The translations under genes and the position numbers were made by a program. 64,000 bases of DNA from Lingula anatina (taxonomy: Eukaryota > Animalia > Brachiopoda), in contig CM120643.1 of NCBI GenBank assembly GCA_051362555.1, forward strand, positions 2,108,001 to 2,172,000, read 5' to 3'. The notes under the pieces are model-generated. The model made no database searches and was not told where the DNA came from. It saw only the letters and a program-made list of their open reading frames with translations. This document shows positions 50,373 through 64,000 of this stretch, piece by piece. Each line of letters starts with the position of its first letter. Position 1 is the first letter of the stretch.

Positions 50373-53300
50373 ATATAAACGAAACACGGACAGTGACAAG
50401 GATAAACGAGACTCGAATACGGACAAACAAAAGGTAAACACAGACAACAAACCGGACTGAATCCCGTATGCATACGGACTACGAGTTCTGAAATTGGGGG
50501 ACCGCAAACTGCATTTTCACTTCTCTTACTTTATTTAAACGTATTCATTATTGGGCTATGTAGTAAGGATTTAAGTTTACTACATTTATTGTCTTTCCAT
50601 TTAGGTTATTTGTCAGAAACTGAATTCCATAATAACGCAGACAATGAGGACTGAAAAATGGGGAACGCATACTGCAGTTTCACTCATCTTTCTTAATTTT
50701 AAATATTTATTATTGTATATGTTGGGTTTGGCTTTCGATAACTTGCCATTCCATTTAGAATCTTATTCATGTGGCTGACTTTTTATTTATTTATTTATTT
50801 TAAACAGTAGACAGGGTGCTTAAAGTCAGATTTTTTGTGAATACATGGTGTGGAAGTGAACTTTTTCGTCCTTTGGCGGTATTTTTGATTAAACGTAGAC
50901 GTAAGACTTAATCTTAACTGTTACCGGTAGTAGAGATTGAAATTATACCAAGCTACATATTCAGCAAATCCGAATGTCTCGGTATAGTTGCGCTTTGAAG
51001 GAGAATTTTATAGATGTTAATTGCAGGTTGCAAATACCAGAAATGAGTGAAATGACAAAAAATGATTAATGTACGTGTCGTAATCAGTTCCAACATGCTG
51101 CTTTGCTTCATTCTAAATTTACATGTTTATGTAACTTATATATTTTGGTTTCTAAAAGTATTATTGTTCAGTTTTCTATGTCGATCAGTTTTTTTCCACT
51201 TTTCATGATGTCTTTTATTCTGGTTGTGACAAAATGGCTATTAAATTAAATAAGATATTATTTATAATTAAGCATAATCCAAATCAGTTTTGATTGTGTA
51301 TTTTTTATCAGGACTTTATTAATTTTCAAATAAAATATATTTTTGAGGGATTGAAAGTCAAACAAACGTTCAATTTGACCATCTGGACAATATGTTGTTG
51401 GACTTTCTGTTGGAGTATAATTATGAGATTTTTAACAATTATGTCTTTCAGCTTTGCTTCTGAATAAAGGGTGAAAAAGATTACTGTAGATTTATTTTCT
51501 TTATGTGATAATATATGCATGGTTAAGAAGTCATATAGTAGTGTTCGAATGATGGAAATGCTGTCTTTTACACCATTAAGCGACTCATCCCTCAGACCGT
51601 CAGAGCCAAAGACACCGTCAATGTCTTGATTTTTAAATTGACCACAATCCAGCGCGTCAGAAAAAGTATATACATCAAAATTTATACACGTGGTTCAAGG
51701 GGGAGCCGTAGGGTTAAAATGTTGCCGGTCGTGAGCTGTTTGGGAGATCCAGGGGAAGGGGTGGAACAGTAGGAGGGTCCAAAGAGTCGAAATGATGTCG
51801 CTTGGGGATATCACAGAGGTCCTTCTTCCCTGTTAACCATTTTACTTGTGCATGTACCGAGGTCCGAAAATTTGAGGGAAAAGCAGTGTCTGTTTTTATT
51901 TGAGCGGGAAAAAAATCCCCAATGCCTGAATAATTTTTTTTTTTTTTTTTTTTGTGATTCATTTAACTTCAAGAATTAAAAAGTAGCAAAGCAAACGTTG
52001 CATTCCTGGTGGATTATTGCGTAATTGTTACAGAGATTTCAAATCATTAATCATTGAAATAATTTTATAGGCAATTTTAAGAGATGCAATAAGCCAAAAT
52101 ATTTTTGTTTTAGTTGTCCAGGGTCTGAGAAAAAAATATGATGGGAAAAGCAAAGACGTCGCACATTTAATAATGTTATTGAGCCAGAAATCTTACATTT
52201 GTGGTAAACGTTGAATATAAAATCCGCAAAGGCAAATAACTAAATCGTTATCTTCCTACGTTCTGTCAAATTCGAGATTAAATGTATCTTGCGTGTTAAA
52301 TGGAACGCTGTATTTATGGAAAATCAACGTTTAATTTTCATTACAATCACATTTCTGAGACCATGCCTACAAGTGATTTAAAAGCAATATGATATTTTAT
52401 TATATGACGAGCATATAAATACCCCAGAAATATTGTTTTTATACTTGGTATTACTTGGTATTTCATAAAGCGATAAAATGATCATAAAATGTCCTATGTC
52501 AGTCTTCCACTTCTTTTTTATTGCATATCTCAAAAGAAACCTGACAAGTTTATAAAGAAAATAATGAAAATAATAAATTTCATAATTTCCCGCAAACATG
52601 AACTTATACCAACTCAAACACGCACACTGACAGAAGGGTGTTTGAAATATAATTGTACAATTTAACGAATAATACGATGGCAAAAATTAACAGAACCATA
52701 CAGACAGAAAAAAATTCACAAAAAAAAAAAAAATTCTTACTAATTACTTAGGCCCCTAAATATGGCAGACCTACATGAAAGGAATACGGCTTAAACCTGA
52801 AATGGTCTCTTCGCCTCTCACACGCCTCCCCACGCGTCGAATCTCGACCGATTGAATTTAGCCAATATTAAATTACTGTGCCCCCAGATTTTCCTCTGTT
52901 AACCTTTCTACATCTGTCTTTCACATCTTGATTGTACAATCCTAAGTCCTAACTTTCATTATTGTTTGTTGGCTACCATGGTTTGGGGTCAATGTGTGTA
53001 GAAATAATCCTTCAAAGGTCCATAATTAATTTACGACAAAGTGCAAACTGAAAGGCTGGGTTATTATCAAAATTTACTTTTAAAGTAACAAATTGCGTCA
53101 TAATATTAGAATGCACCTCTCACTCTTTTGTACGTTGAATTAAACACATTTAATGTCATTTTCATAATCGCATGTAGGATACTAGAAAAATAGACCTTTA
53201 TTTTGGTACCCTTTACCCTCTACCGGCTTGTAACACCAAAATCTAAATTCAGAGATTATACTTTGCTATTTTTGATGTAGCAGTGTATTATGTAAAATCT

Positions 53301-55586
53301 GAAGCTTCTTGACCGGAGTTGAGTTAAAATGTTAATTAAAATAGCAGTGGTGTTGCATATTTATATACGTGCATGAGCACGAGAGCTTCTAATTTAAAGG
53401 CATCCCCAAAATATCCTCATTGCTTGAATAATTATATCGGTTTTATATATGGTCTAACATATTTCAAAATTAAAAAAAAAGAATAAAAAAATAAACGCTG
53501 CCTTCTTGGCGGATTATTTTGTAATAATAATAGAATCACATTTCATTTATCAGAGAAAAAAAAACTTGCAGATATAAGATGTCACAAATCAAAATATTTC
53601 ATTAAAAGGATACACTGACAAAACTGCAAATACAATAGAACCATGATTTAAATTATCCTATAGTATCGATATATCGCGTAAGACAAGTCCGTCCTTGCTC
53701 CTAATAGCATATTATAAGTATAATAATTGTAATCAATATAACACAGTGACTTTAAACAACCATTTCTACCGGAAGCTGATTAGATTGGCGTACCATGTGT
53801 AGTAAAAATAAATACCAGGGTAGCAGGCACATTGAAGAAATTGTGCTTCTTTTAATATCTATTTTATTCTTAATCATGCATTTTTGTTTCAATTTCTGAC
53901 CGATTCTATATTTGTCCAAGATGTTTCATGGTGTTGCCTGAGCTATCGACAGAAGTTCTAATTGTTATTATTATTACTATAATTATTATTATTTATTTGC
54001 CTTTCCCTCATTCACTCCAATATGCTCATGATAAGCAACATCTACTTTCAACTGCCATATGTTGCCATTTCTCTTTTTGCCAGTGGTTTCTGTATTATCT
54101 GAAGATTTTAATTAGTGTTTGGGAGATGATGTAAAATATGGTGGCAATAGGAAAGACGCTGCATATTTAATGAAGCGTTTGAGTCAGCTGACAGCATCTC
54201 TTTGCCGCAAACGTTGAACATAAAACATTAAATGCCAAATTAATTCGAGATTTTATGTACCATACTTGTCAAATGAAATGCTGTATTAATGGAAAATCAG
54301 GATTTAATTTTCATTAAAACCCTGTAACTGGTATCATTATAGTGTTTTAAAACCAATATAATAATTTAAAATATGACGTGCCTATAGATATACAGAAATA
54401 CTTATCGTTTCTCATACTTCCATAATGATCCTCTTTCCTCGACCAGTGAACATATTTTTTCGATGTCAGTTGCCTCTTTTCTTTTAGTTATATGTGTACA
54501 ACTGTACCTTCTATATGACTAATTCTTATGACAATCTCACCAAATATGCAGTACCCCCTGCTTTGAAGTCGGTTTGGATAACCCTTATTCATTCCCTCGT
54601 AATCATTTGTCTCTTCCAAAATATCTTAATAAAATGAAAATAAAAAAATATTAAATACAGACCGAAGAACTTTCATCCAGTTAATTTACGGTCCACTTGG
54701 ACCCCCCCCCCCCCCCCCCCCCATAATTGTTAAGGAGTTTTATCGTGATGTGTTAGCTTTACAAAATAGCGCGTTGTTAGTTTATTATTTGTCCTGGCGT
54801 ACGCAGTTTTCTCCCTCCCCAGTCACTCCGTTATGATTCATGAGTACAAAAATCTGTTTTCAACTGCCATATGTTGTTATATCTGCTTTTGTGCATACCG
54901 TTCCATCTGAAGATTTCAATTAGTGTTTAGGAGCTGAGGTAAAATATAACGGCAAATAGCAAAGACGTCGCATATTTTATGAAGTGATTGAGTCAGAAAG
55001 CTTTCATTAGCAATTGTCGTTGAACAATTAAGCCCTCAAAGGCCAGATAATTAATTCATTTCCCTACGTTCTATCAAACCTAACTTGTATATTTTCAAAT
55101 ACAATTAAACTTACAACGTTGTTTAAAATCAAGCCATAGAAGTTATCTGTTACCGCGTTAAGCTGTTGGTGGTGAGTAGAAATTTATCTGAACTGGAGAA
55201 ACATCTCTTGTATTTGAACTTTGCTGATGAGTTTGACTGAAAACTGTGATTTTTTTTTTTTTCTTTTCGTGCTTTCATCAAAATTCTTCACGCGTAAATG
55301 CAGATTTACTTTTGCTGATTTTAAGGGAAAAGTAAGCCACACCTTCGATTTACGTTTTTTTCTGGAAATGGTGTGTAGGAAAATGCAACAGCTCCGAATA
55401 ATTCAGCAAGCCGAGTAGATTGGGTTTGGGGACAATGCGTGTAGTAGGAATACTTCAAAGATCCACGCCATAATGCAAGGTGAACATATTGCTTTAGTAT
55501 CAAATATTACTCAATATACATCAAGTAACATAAATTGCGTCATACTATTAGAATGTACCCTTCACTCTTTTATGTACTGAATTTAA

Positions 55587-55945
55587 AGGGATAATAACTC
55601 TTCATTTTGGCCAAAAAATAAATTTTCCTGGGGTAAACATCAATTTCCCCATACTAACCAGTGGTTATTGAATCCATTTTTACATTCAAAGTTAGTCCCT
55701 GTTTTTTTTTTTTTTTTTTTTTTTTTTTCTAAAAAATTGTTTTTGTTAAAATCTCTTAAGAGATTATAACAGAGTACAGCCGTCAATGGAAGTCAAGTGA
55801 TCTGAAGACAAGCTCAGATATCAGAATTATAGCTATAACTGCTGTTTTTGTGGTAAAACAGAATATACATGTATTATATTTCTATGAATTGTTCACAATG
55901 TTTTTATTGTGAAATAAAGATATCATACGAAGAGTTATTATCCCT
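55587..55945. mobile_element. Kolobok-like MITE
   Basis: 17-bp perfect TIR AGGGATAATAACTCTTC / GAAGAGTTATTATCCCT with TTAA on both sides; absent at paralogous sites near 14870 and 53138. Confidence 0.85.
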
Positions 55946-56607
55946 TTAACAGATTAAAAGTTATTCCCATCGACGCATGTAGGACATAAAGATAAAATTC
56001 ACTTTAATTCCAGATAGCTTTGACCCCCTTTCACTATGCTTGTGGGGGTCGGGCAAGTCTTCTCTTCCTTCTAGACTGTGAGGCCGAAACTGAAGCTTCT
56101 TCACGATACACACATAATCAGTAAGATTTAAACTAAAAATGACATAGACGTGGTCAGTGCAGGCAATGGCATTCTTTTCCGTGTCATTTGCTTAACTTCT
56201 ACTAGCTTTCACCCTGCGAAATATCATCAAAAGTAGAAAGCATACCCAGTAGGAGAAAATCAATACAGTGCAATAACAATCACTTGCTTATGGATAATAA
56301 TAGTTGCATTTTGGCAGATTATTGATAAAGTTTTGTAGAAACCCTATTTCATTTATCACTGAAATAGTTTTATAAGCAGATTGTTACTTTGAAATATGAG
56401 CCTGAAAGGCTGAATATTTACAATCATTGTCCATTGACAAAATGTAATAATGTGACATTCCACAGTCACTGCATGAAGCAGCAGTTTGCGATGGCAGTTA
56501 CCACTTTTACTATTTATTTAGTTTTTATGTGACTATTTCAAATTTTTTTGATTATGTTTCACCAGAATCATAACCCTCTTAAACCCCTCTTTGAACCAAC
56601 CAACCAA

Positions 56608-56638
56608 TATCTATCTATCTATCTACATATCTATCTCC

Positions 56639-56673
<35 letters not shown>

Positions 56674-56705
56674 AACAAGTAAGCATTTATTTATTAACGT
56701 GACAT

Positions 56706-56767
<62 letters not shown>

Positions 56768-57114
56768 ACATCCGGCCTCCTGGGCCCAAAAGTCATCGAA
56801 CTTTGTACATATACCAGAAACAAAGCCAAAATAAATAAATTAATAAATAAATAAATAAAATAAAATAATGATCAAGGTTGAAAGTTATGACTATAAGCAA
56901 ATATTATATTTTATGGAACACTCAACTCCTGAGCCCTGATAAAAACTGTCTGCCTTCAACTAAAACTGTTCTTTAAATTACATCACATGTCTTTAGGTTT
57001 ACTTACAATTAAGTATATTAGTATTTTAATAAAATATTCCCTGCCAACATGATTACAGTCCACGTCTCCCGGAAACTTTCATTATATGTCCTCGTATAGG
57101 GGCAATACCAAAAC

Positions 57115-57159
<45 letters not shown>
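56608..57159. repeat. Microsatellite cluster: (CTAT)n 56608-56672, (AT)n 56709-56765 and 57118-57159
   Basis: Direct inspection. Related (TATC)n tracts occur at paralogous positions 18020-18070 and 59056-59096. Confidence 0.9.
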
Positions 57160-57161
<2 letters not shown>

Positions 57162-59055
57162 CCCAATTTGCAAAGACATTTACTACCTTGCTTCACTGCG
57201 TTGTGTCACGTTGGCATCACTAGTTCTAGCTTCAAAATTTAAATTATATTTAATCTCGTTTTCAACCACATTCTCTTTGCCTTACCTCCAGCGAGCTTTT
57301 TATTTTCAATCCCAATTTTAGTCTCCTGGCCCACACCAGCATCTTCATCTATTACACTCCTATCCAGCTCACTGTCATTATTAATCCTCAATCTCGTTGA
57401 TAAGTCAATACATATTTATCCAGCAAAAATAACTTCATTGTTTTACCTGAAACCTTATGCATGATAGGTACATGGGGTCGGCATTAATTCCGTAACTTAT
57501 TTAATTGCCAATACCTCTTTCAGCATCAAATGTTAGTTCCACAATTCCCTTAACGTCAGTATTATCTTCGGCGGTCATAACTTTAGATGTTGATCTTACT
57601 GGGCTGAATATGACATTTCAATCATGTAAGATCGCTTATCAAAATCTCAATAAACAAATTGTTAAAATAAGGCCAAATTAACTCCTCTCTGCTTAGTCTT
57701 TCTATATCTGCTGTCTCCCACTTGGTTCTCACGTGAGTTTCTTCACCGACATCACTTCATTAATCACAGTGTTTGTCATTTATCCTACAGAAAACGAATC
57801 TACGTGTGTGTAGGTCACCTCAAACTCTCTGCCTCTTGCTACCATCGTGGTCATTTAGCACATTTCATGTCATGAATATTTACTGTGTTATCGCAAAGAA
57901 CCCTGTGTTGTAGATACAGAGTAGATGAAATGGAAGAGATCAGCACAGTGATGCATTGAGTCATATGAGCAACCTGTTACTGGGTTAACCTATTTGTGGT
58001 CAGTGAGAAAATTCATCAGCAGCAACGTACTGGTGTAATATGCTGCTCTTATGCTGTATGATGTATAATATCTGTGAAGAAGGAGTCAGTTTGTCAGCAA
58101 TTGACTGTCTTCTCGAACTTTCATTCCTGATACCCTTCACTCCCCTACCACTGGCAAACACCAATTCAGAGCTGGTGGGGGTCGGGTCAGTCTTTTCTGG
58201 ACTGATACCGAAGCCTTTTTACTATACATACACACATGTAATCAGAAACATTGAAACTTAATTAGAATATAAAACACAGGTGTAGCCATTTCAGTCAATG
58301 CTACGAAGGAGTACGTTCATTGCTTAATTTCGGCTAGCTTTCACCCTGCTGAATATTAAGAAAAGTGGCAAATATAGGAGAAATTCAGCATAGTGCAATT
58401 ACGACCACTTGACTCTGGATAATAGTCTTAACAGTAAAAGTAGCTCATCCCCAAGTTCTCAGTATCTCCATTATGTATCAAGACATAGTTTCAGAAAACA
58501 TGCGTTTTTGGAATCAGCAGTCTCTTACATGTATTGTCTTCTTGATATGAGAAGAGGTTCATGTACAATGTGATGAAAATAGCAATAATCTCGCATATCT
58601 AACGGTGTGGATAGGTCGGAAAGCTTCTATTTGCCCATAATCTTGGAACATAATGGCATTGACGCCTGAATAATCAAACGGCTTCATATGCGCTATCTAC
58701 TTTCAATATTAAAAATTCGAACAGCAAATGAAACGTTGCGTTTTGCAAATTATTGATAAATATATATAGAAATCAAATTTCATTTATCACTGAAAAAGTT
58801 TTACAAGCAGTGCATGTTACTCTGAAATACAAGCCAGAAAACTGATTATTTACGATCACTGACATCCGTTTCAATGACAAAAGGTAACAATGTGACATTC
58901 CCCGGCGACATTTGACGATGCAAGTTGCGTCTTTTACTATATTTAGTTTTTTTTTTTTTTTTTTTTTTTTTTTGTATTTCTACTTTTTATATCATTATGT
59001 TTCACCACAATCATACGGATCTCATATTTTCCTCTATCTTGAACCAATCAACCAA

Positions 59056-59097
<42 letters not shown>

Positions 59098-59129
59098 CGT
59101 GCATCTATCAATATATCGCGCTTCCCTTG

Positions 59130-61343
59130 TAGTCTGGATGATTGGTGCTATATATTGTCCAAATTGTTTCGAATGTGGAAAAAACATGGCACTTGTCACA
59201 AAGGTCTTTGGACTATGCTTATCATTTTCAAGGGGGGGGGGGGGTGCCTAAAATTCCAAAGCGTTGCTTAGCAACCGTTGCTATAGAAATTACCTTAGTA
59301 AAAAGCTAATTAGACCTTTCTTGTCCAGTCTAAATTATTAACAAATGTTAATAACAAGGTTTCAGGGCATCAAAGGTATCACTAGGCTATTTTAAGGCAA
59401 TGAAAACCCAAATTAAACTTAGCCACAGTTGCTAGACAGCATATTACCCTAGCAACAAGCATTTAAAGTTGTGTTAGTCTAATAAATAAGGCAAATCTAT
59501 AAAACTGGGTAGAAACTACACTTTTGAGCAAGAAATTCATACTTTTAATCCAGTAAGTTGAAACAACTGTGTGAAGTTTACCCACATCCGATCAAAAACA
59601 TTGCCGCTGCCGATACTTAAGGCAGCATGTTCAAAATTAGTAGCTAGTCATTTCTATTTTTTTAATCACCTTACGACTCTTTATAAAATTTAGCAATAGT
59701 TTAGGCGTTAAAATCCCCTTGCATGTGCAATAGACAGTGCATTTTAATTGCCCTTGCACATTGTCAGCCTCTACATCTGCTCCTACATGCACACTCCAGC
59801 AGCTCTGGACAGAACAATAGTTTCTGGTAAATGTGTCCACAAGGGTCGTTTGTTCCACAAAAGTCCAACCAGAGAGAGCACATGGTATCTTATGACATGG
59901 CACCGCCGTGCTGATTCAGATATGTTCATCTCGCAAGACTTATCTTCTTTTATATTGTTGTAGAGCAGCCTTGGTGTGGAAGGAAGATGTGGCATCTAAC
60001 GGCCTTTTTGTGTGAACAGAAACTTTTGAGCGTCATTAATTAACAAAAAAGAATTAAAGTGGGGCCATGGGGATGTATTTAAGTCACTTGGTAGAGAATA
60101 GAAATATATAAAAAACAATGTGAAAAAAACTTTTTTAGAAAACATTGAAAAAAAATGAAAAATAACTTGGAAATCTGGTCTCTGAGTAACCTTTCAAAAA
60201 TAGGAAAGTCAACAGTGGTTAAACCTTCAGTACATGTACATGTACATGTATTTCTCATCTTAGTGCATGTATAAACACTCCTGCCTGCCCCCACCCTCCC
60301 TACATACTTAAAACTGTGTATATCACATTTAACGAAATCAGGAATAGGAAAAGAGATAAATGAGCAAGGATGGCGTCTGATCACAAAAATACATTAGACT
60401 GTAAAAGGTACCGCAAATTAATTTTTTACCAATTTTCTCGGTGAACTGTCAGGAATCGGGAGTAACAAAAAGTTGATTAAAAACACTAAAAGCACCTTCT
60501 AATCTCTTTTTGGCAAAACATTATTGGTTCTTTGAGTGAAATACAGGAAAATTCCAATTTAACCCCAGATTAAATCCTATCACAACCATTATGTAAGATT
60601 CAAAAATTCATGGAAATGGACAACTATTTTCCATAAAAGATGTTGCAAAAATAGTTTATTTTATATCAATGATAATATAAATGACATTTATAAATACTGC
60701 TAGGAAAAATATCCTGTACGTTTTTTTTTTTTTTTTTTTTTTTTTTTGGGGGGGGGGGATTTCCCACATGTACAAAATGTTCGGACGTGCATCATTTGCC
60801 CCGCAAAAGATAACTTAAGTGTGGTCATTGATAGATCTCTTTCTCTTTGGGCTTGTGCAAGCATACAATATTTATGTACCTATCTTAATAATTAAGAAAT
60901 ATGTTAGCATATGTAGTATGTGAACAAAAAGGTGGGAAGGAACTGGAGGATATGTCAAATACTAAAGAGATATTTGTATATGTTCTATATATGTGTACAG
61001 AAAAAAAAAGAACAATATATATAATTAAATACTTGTTGCTAGGGTAATATACTGACTAGCAACTGTTGCAATGGCTTATTTGGGCTTTTAATGGCTTACA
61101 ATAGTATAGCGATAGTTCTGATGGCTTGAAACATTAGTAAAAGCCTTTCTAAATATTTTAAACTGGATAAGAAAGGTCTAATTAGCTTTTTACTAAGGTA
61201 ATTTCCCTAGCAACGGTTGCTAAGCAACGCTTTGAAATTTTGGGCACTACCCTTTAAAATGATCAGCATAGTCCAAAGAACATTTGTGCCAACACATGCT
61301 TTTCCCACCTTCTGAGCAATTTTTGCACCAATCGTCTAGACTA
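59130..61343. mobile_element. Long-TIR DNA transposon, Academ-like, non-autonomous
   Basis: TAGT...ACTA termini; ~330-bp imperfect TIRs (59130-59460 vs 61030-61343); 3-bp duplication TTG; flanks rejoin to match the paralogous site near 19490. Confidence 0.8.
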
Positions 61344-61346
61344 TTG

Positions 61347-63990
61347 GGTGTATCGCGTTACCAGTTCTAGTTTCAAAATTTAAATGATATTCAATCTCTT
61401 TTTCAACCATATTCTCTTAACCTTACCTCCAATGAGCATTTTGTTTTCAATCCACATTTCAGTCTCTTGATCAAAACCAGCATCTTTGTCTATTACGTTC
61501 CTATCCTCAGCACATTGTCATCAGTAATTTGCAATCCCATATATGAGACAGTGCATATATATCCAACACAAATTGCAATAGCTTGTTTTACTCGAAACTC
61601 TATGAATGATAGGTACATGTGGTACATGTGGACGTGATTATTTCTGTAACTTATTTAACGGCCAGTGCATTTTTCAACATCATATGTTAGTTTCGCAATG
61701 TCTCTTAACATCAGTATTTTCTTCGACCGTCATAAGTTCATATGTTGGATCTTACTGGGCTCGACCTGACAATTCTATCATCTAAGATCGGTTGTCATAA
61801 TTTCAAAAACATAATGTTCAAAAGAAGCCAAATTAAGTTGTTTCTGTTCAGTCTTTGTACATTTGTTTTTCTCCCAATTGATTCTCACGTGAGTTTCTGC
61901 ATTATCAACACCTTATCACAGTATTTGTCATTTATCCTACAGAAAACAAATCTACGTGTCTGCATGTGACGTCCAACTTGCTCTGCCTCATGCTATCCTC
62001 GTGGTCATTTAGCACATTTCATTTCATGAGTATTACCTCTGTTATCGCAAATAACTCTTTGTTGTAGATACAGAAAGCAAATGTAGATGAAATGGAACAG
62101 ATCACAGTCGTAATAAGCCATATGAGCAACCTGTTACTGGGTTAACCTATTTGTGGTCAGTGAGAAAATTTATCAGCAGCTACGTGCTGGTGTAATATAC
62201 TGCTCTTATAGTGTATGATATATAATATCTGTGATGCAGGTATCAGTTTGCCATAAATTGACTGTCTTCTCGAGGTAAATTCTTCAAATATTTCACTCGA
62301 TGTTCAGATAATTTTGATGAGATGTAATAAATCAAACTATTATCTTAGAAGAAATCACCAATAATCCTAGATTTTACAGAACTGCTGGACATCAGTATAA
62401 AGCAACTTCCCCTGAATAATTTAGCAAGCTGGGTTTGTGGCCACTATTACACCATAATACATAAGAATGTCATAAATTGCGCTAGAACTATATAATGTCG
62501 CAAACAAATCATACATGTTTACCTTGTTTCCCTGTATTGTATGATGTAACGCGCAAATACATGCAAATAGTGAACGCGGGAAAACCTCACCATTAAAACC
62601 CACCATTTAAACTCCTTACTAGTACATATACATGTAGAATGACGATAGATGGCAGTGTTGCAGTGTCCTCTGTCACCATACTGTCACTAGGAAGAATGAT
62701 GTCAGGTTTACAGAACAGAGTGACCTGATACAGCCTCACAGAAACTGTCACTATTTGCCCATTGACTGTATTAATTCACTATTATAACCCACTCGTCATT
62801 CACTGTGCCACGTGGGGTGCTGCCCCCCCTCTGCAACCCCCCTCCCCCCCATTTTTGTGCATGAATTATACTGGCACAGAAGATCAATGTCACGCACTTA
62901 CATCCCAGCTTTTTTAAAATGAAATAAATAAAATTACTATCACTGATGAATCAGATGATTAATTGAAACAGTTGTGTTTGCGGAGTCTTAGTACGAGTTG
63001 TGGTATACGCGCGGTGGCTCTCACTGCGTTAGATAAATCGGAGAATAACACAATCTAATAATATCGCACCATGCACAAGCAGCAACATACACACGTAGCA
63101 ACAAATTACAATTTTTATTTCAAGTAAAAATCAACGATTATTTTGCATTTGTGCTGCCTGCCGGTGGCGACAGCTTTTGGTGGCCGTATGATTTGCAAGG
63201 GTGGATTCTCTCAAACTTTTTCCCGCTTTGCCCTGCCACTGCTGCTACTTCCTCCGGATCCCCCGGGGAATATACCGCAAGTGGCAACATTTTAACCCTC
63301 TGGACCCTCCCACTGTACCCCCCCCCCTCCCCTTGGTCCCCCTCTGGAGTCTGGACCCTCCCAATGTGTCGCCCCTTCCCCGTGGTTCTACTGTAAATAT
63401 ACTACAAGGGGCATCGTTTTAACCCTCCGGACCCTCCCACTGTGCGGCCCTACCTCTTGACCCCCAGGTTGCTCTACCACAACCGGTATTATTTTAATTA
63501 ACTCTTGCGACCCTTTCACCGACATATAAACTGAAAATTATACACTCATGCATTTTATCTGAAGACATTTATTTCTTTTATTCTGTCATATATGTCATTT
63601 TATCTTTTTAAAACCTTATTTCTGTTTTTACGATATCACTGACGGCGTCTCTATCTCTCGCCATTTTTTGCCCATTGTTTTCTCGAAAAGAGGGTGTACT
63701 GGCGATTATTATGTCACTTATTGTAACATTGCTATGTTTTTCTCTTTTCGGCGATTTCCTTTTCAAAAACAATATCAACAATTTCTACTTTTTTTGCAAC
63801 CTTTATTCAGAATGAAGCAAAGCTAAAAAATGGAAATGAATAAGGCCCCATACACACAATATTTGAATTTTAACCTCTATCAGTATGCCATATGTAATTA
63901 GTAATGAAAATATGACATTCCGTCAAAGTGAACGAAACAATTATTTAAATAGAAAACCCGATAAATATAGTGAACTGAATCATATTCTTA
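61347..63990 (+). repeat. Segmental duplication block A' (paralogue of 19483-22372)
   Basis: Co-linear similarity up to the window end. Confidence 0.92.
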
Positions 63991-64000
63991 ATCAAACACA

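Overview
AT-rich, intron-containing eukaryotic DNA from an invertebrate animal (inferred from the TE repertoire; the species cannot be determined). No prokaryotic operons, rRNA, tRNA or CRISPR were seen. The only host genes are a tandem family of small secreted proteins of about 240 aa, each a signal peptide, a short acidic linker and one divergent von Willebrand factor type D (VWD)-like domain. Copy 1 is on the minus strand (exons 13409-13229 and 10984-10710; last exon not found). Copy 2 is on the plus strand (30010-31362, 3 exons, 2-bp frameshift). Copy 3 is on the plus strand (49032-50372, 3 exons, intact, 239 aa). All share intron phases 1 and 0. Copies 2 and 3 lie in duplicated blocks that share a bZIP/E-box/CCAAT/TATA promoter, a palindromic 59-bp minisatellite and a decayed minimal hammerhead-ribozyme core. 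The intergenic DNA from 14 to 64 kb is built from an old, repeatedly duplicated non-coding module interrupted by many TEs. TEs across the window: BEL/Pao LTR retrotransposon, Harbinger derivative, Tc1 (DD34E), LINE fragments, Helentron-type non-autonomous elements with 161-bp arrays, piggyBac-, Kolobok-, Ginger- and Academ-like TIR elements, and a decayed multi-exon transposon-like gene. Family assignments come from motif recognition by eye; no database searches were run.
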